Positions 8,911 through 19,140 are shown, counted from the stretch's first letter. The stretch: 64,000 nt of DNA from Gemmatimonadetes bacterium 13_2_20CM_2_65_7 (GCA_001915025.1 MNDR01000083.1:151-64150), one strand, 5' to 3'. Made by a program: numbers and translations. The notes: a model not told the origin generated them from the sequence alone.

Positions 8911-11648
8911 TTCGACGCGTCCTCCTGTTGCTCCTGCTCCTTGCCGGCAGAGTGAGCGCGCAAACCGGGGGATCGATCAGCGGCCACGTGCGGCAGCGCG
9001 ACGGTCACACGGGACTCGCCGGCGCCGAGGTTGGCCTCGATGGGCGCTGGGTCACGCACACTGACAGCTCCGGCTTCTATAGGATTCGCGAGGTCCGCAG
9101 CGGCTGGCATTTGGTCACGGTTCGGGCGATCGGTTTCGAATCGGCGCGGCGCGACAGCGTGCTGGTCCGCGCCGGTCAGATCTCGGTCGTGAATTTCGTG
9201 ATCGACGTGTACACGATCGAGCGGCCGATCGTGGTGGAGGCGTTCGCCGATTCGATCCTCGATCCGGCGCTCGTAGCAACCGTCCAGCGCATCAGTGGCG
9301 AAGAGTTGCGGCGCTTCCCCGTGACAACCGTCGATGAAGCGATCGCCCTCTCGGCCGGTGCGGTCGGGGAGAGCTACCGGGGGGGCAGGCTGGGACAGCA
9401 GGCATTCATCCTCGACGGCCTCGGCGTCAAGAATCAGCTCGATGCCTCCACCGGTCCGCTGGGCGTGCGAATCCCTCCCGATATACTCACCGAAGCTTCG
9501 CTCGCGACGAACGGATTTTCGGCGCGCTACGGGCAGGCGATTTCGGGTTTGGTCAACGTAGTCACGAAGGATGGCGACGAGCACTGGGGCGGACGCGCGG
9601 CCTACGAGAGTGATCGTCCGCTCAGTGGGGGCGCCGATCTCGGACTCGACCGCGCTGTCGTCTCGGCAAGTGGACCGCTGCCCGGTGGTGCCGGTCTCGT
9701 CGCGGTCATCGACGCGGAGGGCCGGCTCGATGCGGACCCGGTGAACGCCCCGGCGCCGGCCGATCCGCGCGATCCGCGCCACGACAATCCGGCGCTCCTG
9801 CCCCATAATAGCGGCGAGCGCTACGATGCCGTGGCCAAGCTCCGCGTGCCGCTCGGCGGCCCGTACACGGTACGCCTGTTTGCCCTGCGGTCGGCGGATC
9901 AGCGGCTGTTGTACGATCCCGCGTACAAGTACGACACGCAGTGGGCGCCGGCGCAGCGCGTGAGTGGGGACCTCTTGAGCGCGCATCTCCAGCGCGCGAC
10001 CAATGCGCTCACCGCGGACCTGCGCGTTGGCTACTTCACGCGGCAATTCATCCGCGGGACACTCACCGATCAGCCGGCCTACCAATTCGGCGCTATCACG
10101 GGACGATCCTTTCACTTCGTCGGCGAGGAGATGGCGCGCGCGCAGGACACGATCACCGCCCGAGCCGCATTGCCCGCCATGCAGACGCCGGATCTGAGCA
10201 ATCGCTCGCCGTGGGGCGTGCCTGCATTCTTTCTCGCTACTGGATCCAACGGCGAGATCACCTGGAACCGCTATCGCGAGCTGCGCGGGCAAGTGGATTT
10301 CAGCGTCGGTGGACCGCGCAGCGACGTCTACTTCGGCGGCGAAGTCTCCCGCCAGCAGGTGCGGACGTTCCAACGCGTGCTGGGATATCTGCCGGTCGGT
10401 AAAGGCGTGCCGCCCGCAGCCGCCTCGACCTTCTCGCCGACGTCGGCGGCGGGATACGTCGAGGGCCAACTCCACGGCGAAGACTTCGTGCTCTCGCTGG
10501 GCGTGCGCTACGATCAGTTCGCTCCCGGTGGCGGCATTCCCGGATCGAAGGTCGGCGCACGGCGCAGCCTCAATCCACGCTTCGCCTTCTCGACCGTCCT
10601 GAAGGGTGCGACGGTGGTTGCGAGCTGGGGGCGGTTTTCTCAGGTGCCCGATTTTCAGTATCTCGTGGACGCAGCGTTCGACGATACGATGCGCACGGGG
10701 CGATTCCGGCGCGGCAGCCCGGACATCGGCTTTGAAGATGCCACCCAATACGAATTCTCCGTGCGCGCCCGCGCGCGCCCGAACACGACGGTGCGCGTCA
10801 ACGTCTTCAACAAGCTGCTCGACGGCCTCGTCGGATCGATCCCGCTCGGCGTCAATCCCGACTCCAGCGTTTTCGGCAATTTCGATTTTGGCAACGTGAA
10901 AGGCGCGGAGCTGATCTTTGAGCGCGCCCTGGTCGATTGGTGGGGCCTGCGGGTTGCGTATTCGCTGCAGAGCGCGAATGCGACGGCGACGAACGCCTTT
11001 GAGCTGGTGCACCGTATCCGGATCGGTCCGACGGGCGACACGATCAATCCGGCGCGCGTGCAGTTCCCGCTCGATTACGACCGTCGGCACAGCGTGACGA
11101 TTATCGGTCAGGGTCGTGTGCCGGCCGGCTGGGGTCCGCGCATCGCCGGTGCGTTCCCGCTCGCGCGACTGGAAGCCGCCACGATCGTGCGCGCCAGCTC
11201 GGGGTTGCCATTCAGCATGACCAACGCGACGGGCGATACGCTGATCGGGTTGCCGAACAGTTACCGGCTGCCGCCGGTGTGGACCATCGACATGCTCTTG
11301 AGACGGCCGCTGCGCATCGCGGGACGGGACGGAACGCTCTACATCGACGTTCGGAATCTCACGAACCGGCGGAATGTCGAAGCGGTGCGCCGCGACACGG
11401 GGGAGCCACAGATCGATTCGGCGGGACTGGCTGGTCTAGCGGAGCGCGCCTATCAGGCGCACCCGGAAGCAATTCCCTACGAGTCGCCGCGCTATCGGCC
11501 GGCGGCCGACCTCGACCACAACGGTCTCATCGAAGGGCGGACCGAGCTCGTTCCGCTCTATCTCGCCGCGGCCCGCGACTTTTCGCAGCCACTGTTCTCA
11601 TACGGGCCGCCCCGGCTCTTCCGCCTGGGGCTCGAGCTGCTGTTTTAG
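8907..11648 (+). CDS. TonB-dependent receptor with N-terminal carboxypeptidase-regulatory-like domain
   Basis: Signal peptide, TDSSGFYRI, plug motif GFSARYGQAISGLVNVVTKDG, LGVRYD, and C-terminal PRLFRLGLELLF. Confidence 0.9.
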   Translation: MIRRVLLLLLLLAGRVSAQTGGSISGHVRQRDGHTGLAGAEVGLDGRWVTHTDSSGFYRIREVRSGWHLVTVRAIGFESARRDSVLVRAGQISVVNFVIDVYTIERPIVVEAFADSILDPALVATVQRISGEELRRFPVTTVDEAIALSAGAVGESYRGGRLGQQAFILDGLGVKNQLDASTGPLGVRIPPDILTEASLATNGFSARYGQAISGLVNVVTKDGDEHWGGRAAYESDRPLSGGADLGLDRAVVSASGPLPGGAGLVAVIDAEGRLDADPVNAPAPADPRDPRHDNPALLPHNSGERYDAVAKLRVPLGGPYTVRLFALRSADQRLLYDPAYKYDTQWAPAQRVSGDLLSAHLQRATNALTADLRVGYFTRQFIRGTLTDQPAYQFGAITGRSFHFVGEEMARAQDTITARAALPAMQTPDLSNRSPWGVPAFFLATGSNGEITWNRYRELRGQVDFSVGGPRSDVYFGGEVSRQQVRTFQRVLGYLPVGKGVPPAAASTFSPTSAAGYVEGQLHGEDFVLSLGVRYDQFAPGGGIPGSKVGARRSLNPRFAFSTVLKGATVVASWGRFSQVPDFQYLVDAAFDDTMRTGRFRRGSPDIGFEDATQYEFSVRARARPNTTVRVNVFNKLLDGLVGSIPLGVNPDSSVFGNFDFGNVKGAELIFERALVDWWGLRVAYSLQSANATATNAFELVHRIRIGPTGDTINPARVQFPLDYDRRHSVTIIGQGRVPAGWGPRIAGAFPLARLEAATIVRASSGLPFSMTNATGDTLIGLPNSYRLPPVWTIDMLLRRPLRIAGRDGTLYIDVRNLTNRRNVEAVRRDTGEPQIDSAGLAGLAERAYQAHPEAIPYESPRYRPAADLDHNGLIEGRTELVPLYLAAARDFSQPLFSYGPPRLFRLGLELLF

Positions 11649-12551
11649 TCCCTCTTTCACGTAGCCGGCCGCGACGCCGCCCACGACCAGCGCGAGGCCG
11701 ACCCACCCGAGCAGTGTCAAGCGCTGGCTGAAAAGCGTGAGCGCAAGCAACGCCCCCACAACGGGCTCGACGGTGGCGGCAACTGATGCCGGCGCTGCTT
11801 CGATTCGTTTCACCGCCCCGAAGAAAAAGATATTGGCGGCGACCACCGATCCCGCAGCGAGTCCCAGCAAATCGCGCCATGCCGGCGGCGACGGCGGCCA
11901 GGCCGGCGGCCGGCCCCAGATCGACAGAGCGATCCAGATGAGCACGACACCGCCAATCGCTTCGAGGAACAAGACCTTGAGGACACCGTAGCGGGGCGCC
12001 GCATATCGCCCCATCAGCGTCGTCAATGCGTAGCTCAGCGCCGACAGCAATCCACCCGTAATGCCTGCGGCGATGCCCATGCGCGCCGCCTCCGCGCCGG
12101 CGTTGCTGCCGCCGGTCACCGTGAGCGCGACGCCGATCATGACGATGACCGCCAGCGCGATACGCGTTGCCGAGAGCTCTTCCTTGAGGATGATGCGGGC
12201 GAGCACGGCGACCATGACTGGCGCGGTGTACAGCAGTGCCGCCGCACCTGCGACGCCGACGCCCGCAATCGCGAACTGATACGCGATCTCGAACAGCGCG
12301 ACGAGGGCGCCCCCACCCAATCCGACCAACAGCCATCCCTTACGGTCTGTGCGGAAGAGCTCGCGACGGAAGAGCAGTCCCCAGATGGCTAACGCGATCG
12401 TGCCGATGAGCACGCGCCAGAAGCCGATGCTCGTCGCCGGCATGAGATCGTACAGACCGGTCGACAGCGGCCCGGTCGTTCCCCATGTCGCGCCGGCGGC
12501 GAGCGCGAGGAGATATCCGACAACGCGCTTTGGTCGTTGGAGTTCGGTCAC
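11598..12551 (-). CDS. EamA/DMT family transporter
   Basis: About 10 TM segments in two repeats, with LLYTAPV and ATVEPV. Convergent 51-bp overlap with the receptor gene. Confidence 0.88.
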   Translation of the reverse strand: MTELQRPKRVVGYLLALAAGATWGTTGPLSTGLYDLMPATSIGFWRVLIGTIALAIWGLLFRRELFRTDRKGWLLVGLGGGALVALFEIAYQFAIAGVGVAGAAALLYTAPVMVAVLARIILKEELSATRIALAVIVMIGVALTVTGGSNAGAEAARMGIAAGITGGLLSALSYALTTLMGRYAAPRYGVLKVLFLEAIGGVVLIWIALSIWGRPPAWPPSPPAWRDLLGLAAGSVVAANIFFFGAVKRIEAAPASVAATVEPVVGALLALTLFSQRLTLLGWVGLALVVGGVAAGYVKEGLKQQLEPQAEEPGRPV

Positions 12552-13363
12552 GAAGCCATTTTGTCCGCGGTGAGCTCACCGCGCAACACCGTCACGGCCT
12601 GCCCGGCGAGGCGCACGCGCCCGCTTCCGTCGAGCCGCACGCGCACAATGCCGCCGCGCGCCGACGCCTGGTAACCAGTCAGCGACTGCTTGCCGAGTTT
12701 GTCGCACCAGTACGGCGCGAGCGCGCAGTGTGCCGAGCCCGTGACGGGATCTTCGGGAACGCCGGACTGCGGCGCGAAGAAGCGCGATACGAAGTCGTAC
12801 TGCGCATCGCCTCCCCCATTCGCGCGGCTCGTGACGATGACGCCGCGGGCGGCGACGCGGCCGAGTGCGCCGAGGTCCGGATCGAGCCCTCGCACGGTCG
12901 ACTCGCTGTCGACTTCGACGAGATAGTCGAAGCGGCTGCGCCCCACGAAACGCGGCTTGATTCCCAACGCTTGGATCAACCCTGGTGGCGCTGGCGCAGG
13001 GGACGCTGGGGTTGCGGGGAAATCGAGCTCGATCCAGGCGTCGCGGCGATCGGCAGTCAACAGGCCGCTCTTTGTGTGGAAGCGCGCCTGGGTACTCGGC
13101 GTGAGATGCGCGTCTTCCCACAGCACGTGCGCGCTCGCCAGCGTGGCGTGGCCGCAAAGATCGACTTCGACGGCCGGCGTGAACCAGCGCAAATCATATC
13201 CATCCTGGCGACGAACGAGAAACGCGGTTTCGGCGAGGTTCATCTCGCGCGCGACGTTCTGCATCCACGCGGGTTCAGCGGCGTCGGGGAGAACGCAGAC
13301 CGCAGCGGGATTGCCCGCGAAGGGGCGGTTGGTAAACGCGTCGACTTGGGTTATACGAAGCAT
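12548..13363 (-). CDS. PhzF family (phenazine biosynthesis-like) isomerase
   Basis: QVDAFT..PFAGNPAAV, LRWFTP..EVDLCGHATLA and EDPVTGSAH. Start reset to 13363 (GAGGT upstream). Confidence 0.93.
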   Translation of the reverse strand: MLRITQVDAFTNRPFAGNPAAVCVLPDAAEPAWMQNVAREMNLAETAFLVRRQDGYDLRWFTPAVEVDLCGHATLASAHVLWEDAHLTPSTQARFHTKSGLLTADRRDAWIELDFPATPASPAPAPPGLIQALGIKPRFVGRSRFDYLVEVDSESTVRGLDPDLGALGRVAARGVIVTSRANGGGDAQYDFVSRFFAPQSGVPEDPVTGSAHCALAPYWCDKLGKQSLTGYQASARGGIVRVRLDGSGRVRLAGQAVTVLRGELTADKMAS

Positions 13364-13379
13364 GACCTCGCAATCTAAG

Positions 13380-14006
13380 CTATCCCGGCAATTGAAACGT
13401 TGTCTTGCCATGCCAAAAGCTGTTTTCGTGACCGATAATGAACACGCTTTCAGGATCCGCGTTCCGCAGGATGAGCCGCACCTGTCCCGCGTTCGCGGGA
13501 ATGTCGAACACGAGATCGGTTGTGTACGATTCGCCGGGAATGAGTCGTCGCTTCAAACCATCGATTGAGCCGACATACCGGTTGCCCTTCGAATCCACCA
13601 GCGCCACGTACCGACTGTTCGGCGACAATGACGCGTCCTTCGGACGCCACGGCGCGATTGTCTGCTCATCAAACCGCACTTTCACCGTGACGACGTGACG
13701 CACCTGGCCGCTCTGGAGAGTCTCGGATTTTGCCGCGGCAACGGAGTACGCGAGGTGACAGTCCACCTCGCAGATGTGTTTTTCCTCGCCGGGAGCGAGC
13801 ACGCGACTGTGGCTCGCAGCGGAAAAGCAAATCAGCAGTATCGCATAAGCGCCCACGCCACCGAGCAGCGCGCGCAGGCTGATCCGAGCGATCCGCTCGC
13901 GCTTCGTGACTCGCGCGAACACGTAGGTCACTGTTAGCGCCACGGCAGCAAGTATGGAGCCAAGGAACAACAGCACCGTGAATGGATTCAGGCCATCAGT
14001 GATCAT
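13380..14006 (-). CDS. Hypothetical membrane-anchored protein (2 TM plus beta-rich exported domain)
   Basis: Two hydrophobic N-terminal segments; overlaps the end of the upstream DUF4173-like gene. Confidence 0.7.
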   Translation of the reverse strand: MITDGLNPFTVLLFLGSILAAVALTVTYVFARVTKRERIARISLRALLGGVGAYAILLICFSAASHSRVLAPGEEKHICEVDCHLAYSVAAAKSETLQSGQVRHVVTVKVRFDEQTIAPWRPKDASLSPNSRYVALVDSKGNRYVGSIDGLKRRLIPGESYTTDLVFDIPANAGQVRLILRNADPESVFIIGHENSFWHGKTTFQLPG

Positions 14007-15504
14007 GGTGCATCTCCTTGATTGCGGCTGTGCACGTCTGCCGAAGCACCGCGGCGTCGTGGCTCACCAGTCGACGCGCCCGCGCTCGGCTCCAGTTCCA
14101 GGTCCGCCAATCGGCGTCGTCCTTATTCCAACGACTCACCAGACCACAGACGACAACGCGGCGGTCTCCGGCACCGAATTGTGGGAGCGCTTCGATGAGA
14201 GCGGGGACTGCGTCGGCGCCGAGCGTCAGGGCGTACTCGGCATCAAAGGGACGCTCGGCAACGGGACGGTTGAGATTTGTCTTGACGATGAATGCGTCGG
14301 GGTTCATGACGTGGAGCGCAGCCAGGATCCCGAATCCCTGCATCAATACGCCCAACGCGAACCGCTCGCGCCTACCCCGAAGCAGTGTCCACGTAAACCA
14401 GGCGAACACGCCCAGCAGCAAGAGCATGAATGCCGTCGCGTAGAGCCTGATCTCCGAGAGACCGAACGCGTCCACGTACAATCGCATCCGCTCGAACGCC
14501 GATGCCATGATCACGGCGAGCAGAATGAGAAGCAGAGCGGCGAGCCGCCGGAACGTCTGGATTTCAACGGTTGTGCCGCCACGGACCAGGAAGTCGGCGC
14601 CGAGCAACACCGGCAACACGAGCGCGCTGGCGGTCACCAGCTGAAAGAATCCCTGGCGCGCGTATTCGGCATACCTCAGACCGGTGGTGACTTGGACTAG
14701 GGCCGCACCACCGAAGAAGTAGCGGAGCTGAACGACTACGAACAGCAGGAAGAGCGCGTTCAGAAGGCCGAGTGCGGTAGCCATGGGAACGAGTCCGAGT
14801 CGCACGTTGCTGGCGCCGTACGGCATGGCGACGGGTTGGCCCAGCAGACTCCATCGGAGGTAGCCGGCGGTGATCACGGCCCAGAAGCAGAACAACATCG
14901 TGTGACTGACGAGGCTGGTGATGTCGAACGCGAACAAATTCGTGAGGACATTGCCAAAGACCTGATCAGCCGACGAGAAGAGCGCTGCGAATATGACGAG
15001 CAAGGGGGCAGCGACGAGCAGACCGACCAGAATGGCGCGGACGTTCCGGAGCCGACCTTCCCGCGGCAGCTCCTGCCACTGGACGTCCCGACCGACGAGC
15101 AACATCCCACCTGCGATGCTGCCGGCTGTGGCGGTCACACCGGCGCGCAGATAGTCGAGCAAGCGCCAGCCGCCGATCCGCTCGCCCTGGAGGCTCGACG
15201 CCGCCAAACACAGCGTGATGAAGAGCGCCAGCATATCGAACCTGGTAAGGACTGCCGCGTCTCTCCTCAGGAACGCCGCCCCCAGAAGCAGCGCGGTAAT
15301 CGCAAGCCACGGAGCATCCGGTCCGGGTTGCAGATGATGGCGGCGCACCAGCCATACTCCCCCGCCGACGAGGACGCAGGTGCAGAGCATGACATTCAGG
15401 CCCCACGGCATCGCGCGCAGCAGGGTGTCACCGGCGAGGCCCGCTCCCGCGGCGACGCCGAGGATCTCGAGACCCAGGCGGGTGCGGGGATTGATCGCGC
15501 TCAT
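13996..15504 (-). CDS. DUF4173/DUF4153-like polytopic membrane protein
   Basis: [46 protein letters not shown] and NPDAFIV..N. ATGA overlap with the uppS-like gene fixes the start at 15504. Confidence 0.8.
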   Translation of the reverse strand: MSAINPRTRLGLEILGVAAGAGLAGDTLLRAMPWGLNVMLCTCVLVGGGVWLVRRHHLQPGPDAPWLAITALLLGAAFLRRDAAVLTRFDMLALFITLCLAASSLQGERIGGWRLLDYLRAGVTATAGSIAGGMLLVGRDVQWQELPREGRLRNVRAILVGLLVAAPLLVIFAALFSSADQVFGNVLTNLFAFDITSLVSHTMLFCFWAVITAGYLRWSLLGQPVAMPYGASNVRLGLVPMATALGLLNALFLLFVVVQLRYFFGGAALVQVTTGLRYAEYARQGFFQLVTASALVLPVLLGADFLVRGGTTVEIQTFRRLAALLLILLAVIMASAFERMRLYVDAFGLSEIRLYATAFMLLLLGVFAWFTWTLLRGRRERFALGVLMQGFGILAALHVMNPDAFIVKTNLNRPVAERPFDAEYALTLGADAVPALIEALPQFGAGDRRVVVCGLVSRWNKDDADWRTWNWSRARARRLVSHDAAVLRQTCTAAIKEMHHDH

Positions 15505-16136
15505 ACCGCCGCCTGCGTCGAGAGACCTCCGAAGCGGCGATCGCGCGCGCGGAAGTCTCGCACTGCGCCGGCCAGCTCGTTCGCGGTGAAATCGGGCCAC
15601 ATCGTGTCTGTGAACCACAGCTCGGCGTACGCGGACTCCCACAGGAGGAAGTCGGAGAGCCGTTGCTCGCCGCCAGTGCGGATCAGGAGATCCACGTCGG
15701 GAAGCAGCGTGCCGCTGCGGATGGCAGCGCGGGCCGAGTAATCGACGGCGATCCGCAGATCGAGTCGCGTTCCACCGCTCGTTGCCTGGTCGGCGTCGAC
15801 GATGGCGTTCACGAGCGCTGCGGGCAGCCGATCGCGGCGACCGATGATCGAGAGCCGGACGGATTGGGCGACGAGCTCGGCGACTTCCCGGTGCAGGTAG
15901 CGCGCGAACAGCCGCATCAGCGCGGTCACTTCCGCCGGCGGCCTGCTCCAGTTGTCGGAGGAAAAGGCGTACAGTGTCAGCGCGGTGATGCCGAGGTCGG
16001 GCGCCGCCCGGACCATACGCCGCACGGCTTCAACGCCGGCGCGATGGCCGGCCGCGCGCGGCAAGCCGCGGCGCGTAGCCCAGCGTCCGTTGCCGTCCAT
16101 GATGACAGCCACGTGAAAGGAAGTACTTTGTGTCAT
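15501..16136 (-). CDS. uppS: cis-Prenyltransferase (undecaprenyl diphosphate synthase-like), shortened paralogue
   Basis: [57 protein letters not shown] and RRFGG. Confidence 0.85.
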   Translation of the reverse strand: MTQSTSFHVAVIMDGNGRWATRRGLPRAAGHRAGVEAVRRMVRAAPDLGITALTLYAFSSDNWSRPPAEVTALMRLFARYLHREVAELVAQSVRLSIIGRRDRLPAALVNAIVDADQATSGGTRLDLRIAVDYSARAAIRSGTLLPDVDLLIRTGGEQRLSDFLLWESAYAELWFTDTMWPDFTANELAGAVRDFRARDRRFGGLSTQAAV

Positions 16137-16140
16137 AAAG
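16121..16140. promoter_or_regulatory. Putative operator copy 2, overlapping the uppS-like start codon
   Basis: AAGTACTTTGTGTCATAAAG matches 17125-17144 at 13/20 positions (AAGyACTTTG-N6-AAAG). Confidence 0.5.
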
Positions 16141-16167
16141 CGATTCCGCAAAAAAAGAGAGGGCACA

Positions 16168-16539
16168 TCAGCGCGCGCGCGTCGCACGAATCAACGCTTC
16201 CATGTGATCGAGATAGCGCTCGAGCGCCCGCCGGCCGAGGGCGGTGAGTCGGTATTCCGTCTTGGGGACGCGTCCCGCGAACGACTTGAGGCACGTGACG
16301 TAGTCCGCGTCCTCGAGCTTGCGCGCGTGCACGCTCAAATTGCCGTCGCTGGTGTTGAGCAGCGCCTTCAGCTCGTTGAACGTGAGGCTGTCGCGCACGG
16401 CGAGCGCGCTGACGATCGCCAGGCGCACCCGCTCGTGAATCAGCCGGTCGAGCTCGGCGGGCGCCGGCTGCGGTTTGGTCTTCACCGCCCGCTCCGATTC
16501 TGCGCGCGTGAGTCGCGCCGTGTTGCTCTTAGCCACCAT
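16168..16539 (-). CDS. Winged-helix transcriptional regulator (ArsR/MarR-like HTH_34 type)
   Basis: [42 protein letters not shown] and KTEYRLT..GR. GGAGG upstream (start at 16539 or 16536). Confidence 0.9.
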   Translation of the reverse strand: MVAKSNTARLTRAESERAVKTKPQPAPAELDRLIHERVRLAIVSALAVRDSLTFNELKALLNTSDGNLSVHARKLEDADYVTCLKSFAGRVPKTEYRLTALGRRALERYLDHMEALIRATRAR

Positions 16540-17113
16540 ACCTCCTCGCAATGATGATGCCGAACACGATGTTCAAGCCCCCGAATCCCGCCGCCATGAA
16601 CCACGGCCACAGGCCGGCGGGCGCAAACAACGCCACGGTGCCGAGCACCATGAAACACACCCCCATGATGGGCACGATCCGCACCGAGAATGCGCCCGCT
16701 GTCGCAACCGCCGTCCCATAGAGCAGCAGCCAGACGCCCGGCATCAACGCAAACAGACCGGCGCGGTGCAGGGCAATCGTCAACAGCGCTCCCACGACGA
16801 TCGGCGGCAGAAAACTGAGACCGAAGCGGCGGCCCGGTCCCGACAGGAGCGGGTCGTTCGCAGCCCGGGCTTTCTGCACCATGGCGGCTCCGCCGACGAC
16901 GACGCCCAGCACCGCCTCGCCCAACCACACGGCGAGCCAATCGGTATCGCGCGACTGGCGCACGGCGAGCCAGGTCGCCGCGAGCGCCGTGCACCCCACG
17001 ACCACCATGCCCCAGCCCGGCACGGCCGTGAACGATCCGGCCCGCTCCATGGTGGAGCGGATGAACTGGAGATTGTCGAGAGCCCGATCGTGCAACGGCC
17101 GCGGAGCCGTCAT
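16529..17113 (-). CDS. Membrane protein of the type usually paired with this wHTH regulator
   Basis: N-terminal ALDNLQFIRSTMERA, about 6 TM segments, C-terminal GFGGLNIVFG...RRYGG. Confidence 0.78.
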   Translation of the reverse strand: MTAPRPLHDRALDNLQFIRSTMERAGSFTAVPGWGMVVVGCTALAATWLAVRQSRDTDWLAVWLGEAVLGVVVGGAAMVQKARAANDPLLSGPGRRFGLSFLPPIVVGALLTIALHRAGLFALMPGVWLLLYGTAVATAGAFSVRIVPIMGVCFMVLGTVALFAPAGLWPWFMAAGFGGLNIVFGIIIARRYGG

Positions 17114-17120
17114 TGCTCGA

Positions 17121-17149
17121 AGTAAAGCACTTTGCTCTGCAAAGTCAAG
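17121..17149 (-). promoter_or_regulatory. Promoter with palindromic operator ACTTTGC-TCT-GCAAAGT; probably a leaderless transcript
   Basis: Minus strand reads TTGACT-N16-TTTACT-N7-ATG. A perfect 7-bp inverted repeat at 17129-17145 overlaps the -35 box and spacer. Confidence 0.6.
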
Positions 17150-17555
17150 GACGCCGAGTTTTGAGCCGGCGCACGAGCTTCAGGCCCGACCAGACGGCGT
17201 CGATCGCCGCCACCTTCACGTCCACCAGACCCGTCGGCAACGCGACCGCACGGACGACGTCTTCGGTGATGTCGGTCTCTACTCCCGATGCCTGCTTCGG
17301 CCAGGAAATCCAGAGGCTGCCGTCCGGCGTGAGAGCCCGGAGCAGTGCGGGAATTCTGGTTTCGAGGACCGCGCGACTGACGACGAAAAGATGAATGAAC
17401 GAGAGAACGCCTCGCGCCGCGGCGACCACCTGTACTCCCGCCGGCAATTTGCCGAGCGTCGCGCGGTAGCCCCGCGGCGCGTTCAGGATGGCGATGCGGA
17501 TACCGGGCTTGATTCCCAGCTTGTCGACGAGAGGCCGGCCTGAGTATCCCGCCAC
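17145..17555 (-). CDS. DUF3052-like protein
   Basis: AGYSG.PL..KLGIK, LWISWPK.ASGV.TD, GLVDVKVAAID.VWSGLKLV.R. Confidence 0.8.
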   Translation of the reverse strand: MAGYSGRPLVDKLGIKPGIRIAILNAPRGYRATLGKLPAGVQVVAAARGVLSFIHLFVVSRAVLETRIPALLRALTPDGSLWISWPKQASGVETDITEDVVRAVALPTGLVDVKVAAIDAVWSGLKLVRRLKTRRP

Positions 17556-17559
17556 GTCG

Positions 17560-18777
17560 TTACGGTGGGGTCTCGTCGGCGACCGGCTCAGGGCGGGAGC
17601 GCCGGCCCAACGAGCGCGCCAGAATCCCGATGCCTGCTCCCTGTCCCTGCCGGCGCGGCATGGCGCGATATAGAAGAATGACCACCACCCACGTCAGCCA
17701 GCTCGCACGTTCGCTCCAGCTCAGGGAGCGAAACATGAACCAGGGTTGCGTCACGGGTGCTGTCCACGGCAGCCAGTCCCCCTGAACCATCGCCAAGGAG
17801 CGGGCGAATACACGGTTCGTGTGGAATCCTTGCGCGCCGGGATGCGACAGATTCCACACGCACGTCACCTGGCCCCAGCCGTGGTTGTCGCTCGCGCCCA
17901 CGACCAGGAGATCGTGCCCCGCCGCGAGCGCGAGTACTTCGCTGCGGCCCGCCGCTGGGAAACTCAGCGCCTTGGGAGCACAATTCACGATCTCGAATCC
18001 ATCGACCCCTGCGATGACGAATGCGCCGAGGTCGTCGCGGTGATTGCGCCAATATTCCGGGAGCGAGGCGATGCTGATGGCGCCCTGGCGCTCGATCGCC
18101 GCGAAGATCCGCACCATGCGCTGCGTACTTCCGCCGAAACTGTCGCGCGGCAGCGCCTCGACCGGACCGATCGCGACGACATGCTGGCCGTACACGCTCC
18201 ACTCGACGCCGGGCAATAGGTTGATCGAAGTAGGAGGTAGTGGGAGCGAGCCGTCATAGACGATGTTGTGATCGGTGACGTAGCTCGCCTCGAAGCCCTG
18301 TCGCTCGTGCCAGGCGGCGAGCTTCGCCAGCGTCCAGCCGGGGCGCCCATCATGCGAGGCCTGCGTGTGCGCGTGATAATCGATGATCGTCGCGCCGGAG
18401 TCCGTGGTCGTGAGCCGCGGCACGGGGCGGGGGAGGAACACCGTCGCGACGCCCATTACCAGGAGCGTCAGTGGACCGGCGAGCGCGCGCACGATCCGCT
18501 GGCGCCGTGTCCCTGCCCGCAATGCCCCCCAGGCAGCGAGCACCAAAATCCAGACCACCACCGCCCACGCGGCACGAGCCGCGCTGAAGAACGTGAGCGC
18601 GTCGAGCGTGTTGGAAAGCGGCGCGAGCGCAACGTACATGGTCGGCCGATCGAGATCGACATCACCGGGAGCGGAGCCGGTGATCGCATCGACGAGAGGT
18701 GGCAGCGGATGAAAAGCAGTGACGAGGAGGAGGAAGACCAGCGCGATCGCAATCGGGTGGCGGCGCAGCAGGTTCAC
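17560..18777 (-). CDS. Membrane-anchored PHP-family metallophosphoesterase-like protein
   Basis: N-terminal TM segments; PHP motifs DYHAHT..SHDG, VTDHN, PGVEWS, GFEIVN and GASDNHG. Confidence 0.8.
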   Translation of the reverse strand: MNLLRRHPIAIALVFLLLVTAFHPLPPLVDAITGSAPGDVDLDRPTMYVALAPLSNTLDALTFFSAARAAWAVVVWILVLAAWGALRAGTRRQRIVRALAGPLTLLVMGVATVFLPRPVPRLTTTDSGATIIDYHAHTQASHDGRPGWTLAKLAAWHERQGFEASYVTDHNIVYDGSLPLPPTSINLLPGVEWSVYGQHVVAIGPVEALPRDSFGGSTQRMVRIFAAIERQGAISIASLPEYWRNHRDDLGAFVIAGVDGFEIVNCAPKALSFPAAGRSEVLALAAGHDLLVVGASDNHGWGQVTCVWNLSHPGAQGFHTNRVFARSLAMVQGDWLPWTAPVTQPWFMFRSLSWSERASWLTWVVVILLYRAMPRRQGQGAGIGILARSLGRRSRPEPVADETPP

Positions 18778-18792
18778 TCGCAGATTCCCCGC

Positions 18793-19140
18793 ATGTCGGG
18801 TCGGATGGAAGGTAGTGGTCGGCTGGAAGAGCTGCCAACACTTGTGCTCGGTCCGCTACGAGGCCGCACCGATCGCGACTGGGAACGCGGCCCCGAAGGG
18901 AAATGGACGCCGGCGCAGATCGTCGAGCACCTGGCGCTCGGTTTGACCTCCAGCGCCGCAAAGTTCGCAGAGCGCCGCAATCACGCCCCGATGGCGCGGC
19001 GGCCGCGGACGCCGGCCGAGAAGATCGCGAAGCTGTTCGTCTTCGGCTTCCGTTTGTTTCCGCCGGGCCGGAAGGCGCCGGAGCGTACGGTCCCTCCACC
19101 GCAGATGCCGCGCGTTGTGGCGGAGCCGCATTTCCTGGCG
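18793..19140 (+). pseudogene. DinB-like protein, apparently truncated at the 3' end
   Basis: DW..GPEGKWTPAQIVEHL is a typical DinB N-terminus. After about 19140 the frame continues to 19320 through promoter-like sequence with no C-terminal HxxxH motif. Confidence 0.55.

Noticed and set aside
8784-11090. 768-aa antisense ORF opposite the TonB-dependent receptor, and similar long shadow ORFs (6113-7240, 21369-22496, 53733-54854, 54605-55744)
   Set aside because: They mirror well-supported genes, are Arg/Ala-rich with no motifs, and are expected from stop-codon scarcity in high-GC DNA.
12548-13363. Phenazine biosynthesis cluster
   Set aside because: Only a lone PhzF-family gene is present, with no phzA/B/D/E/G; stand-alone members are widespread.
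13750-13780. CEVDCH (Cx3CH) in the membrane-anchored hypothetical protein
   Set aside because: Non-canonical spacing and no cytochrome-like context; more simply a disulfide pair.
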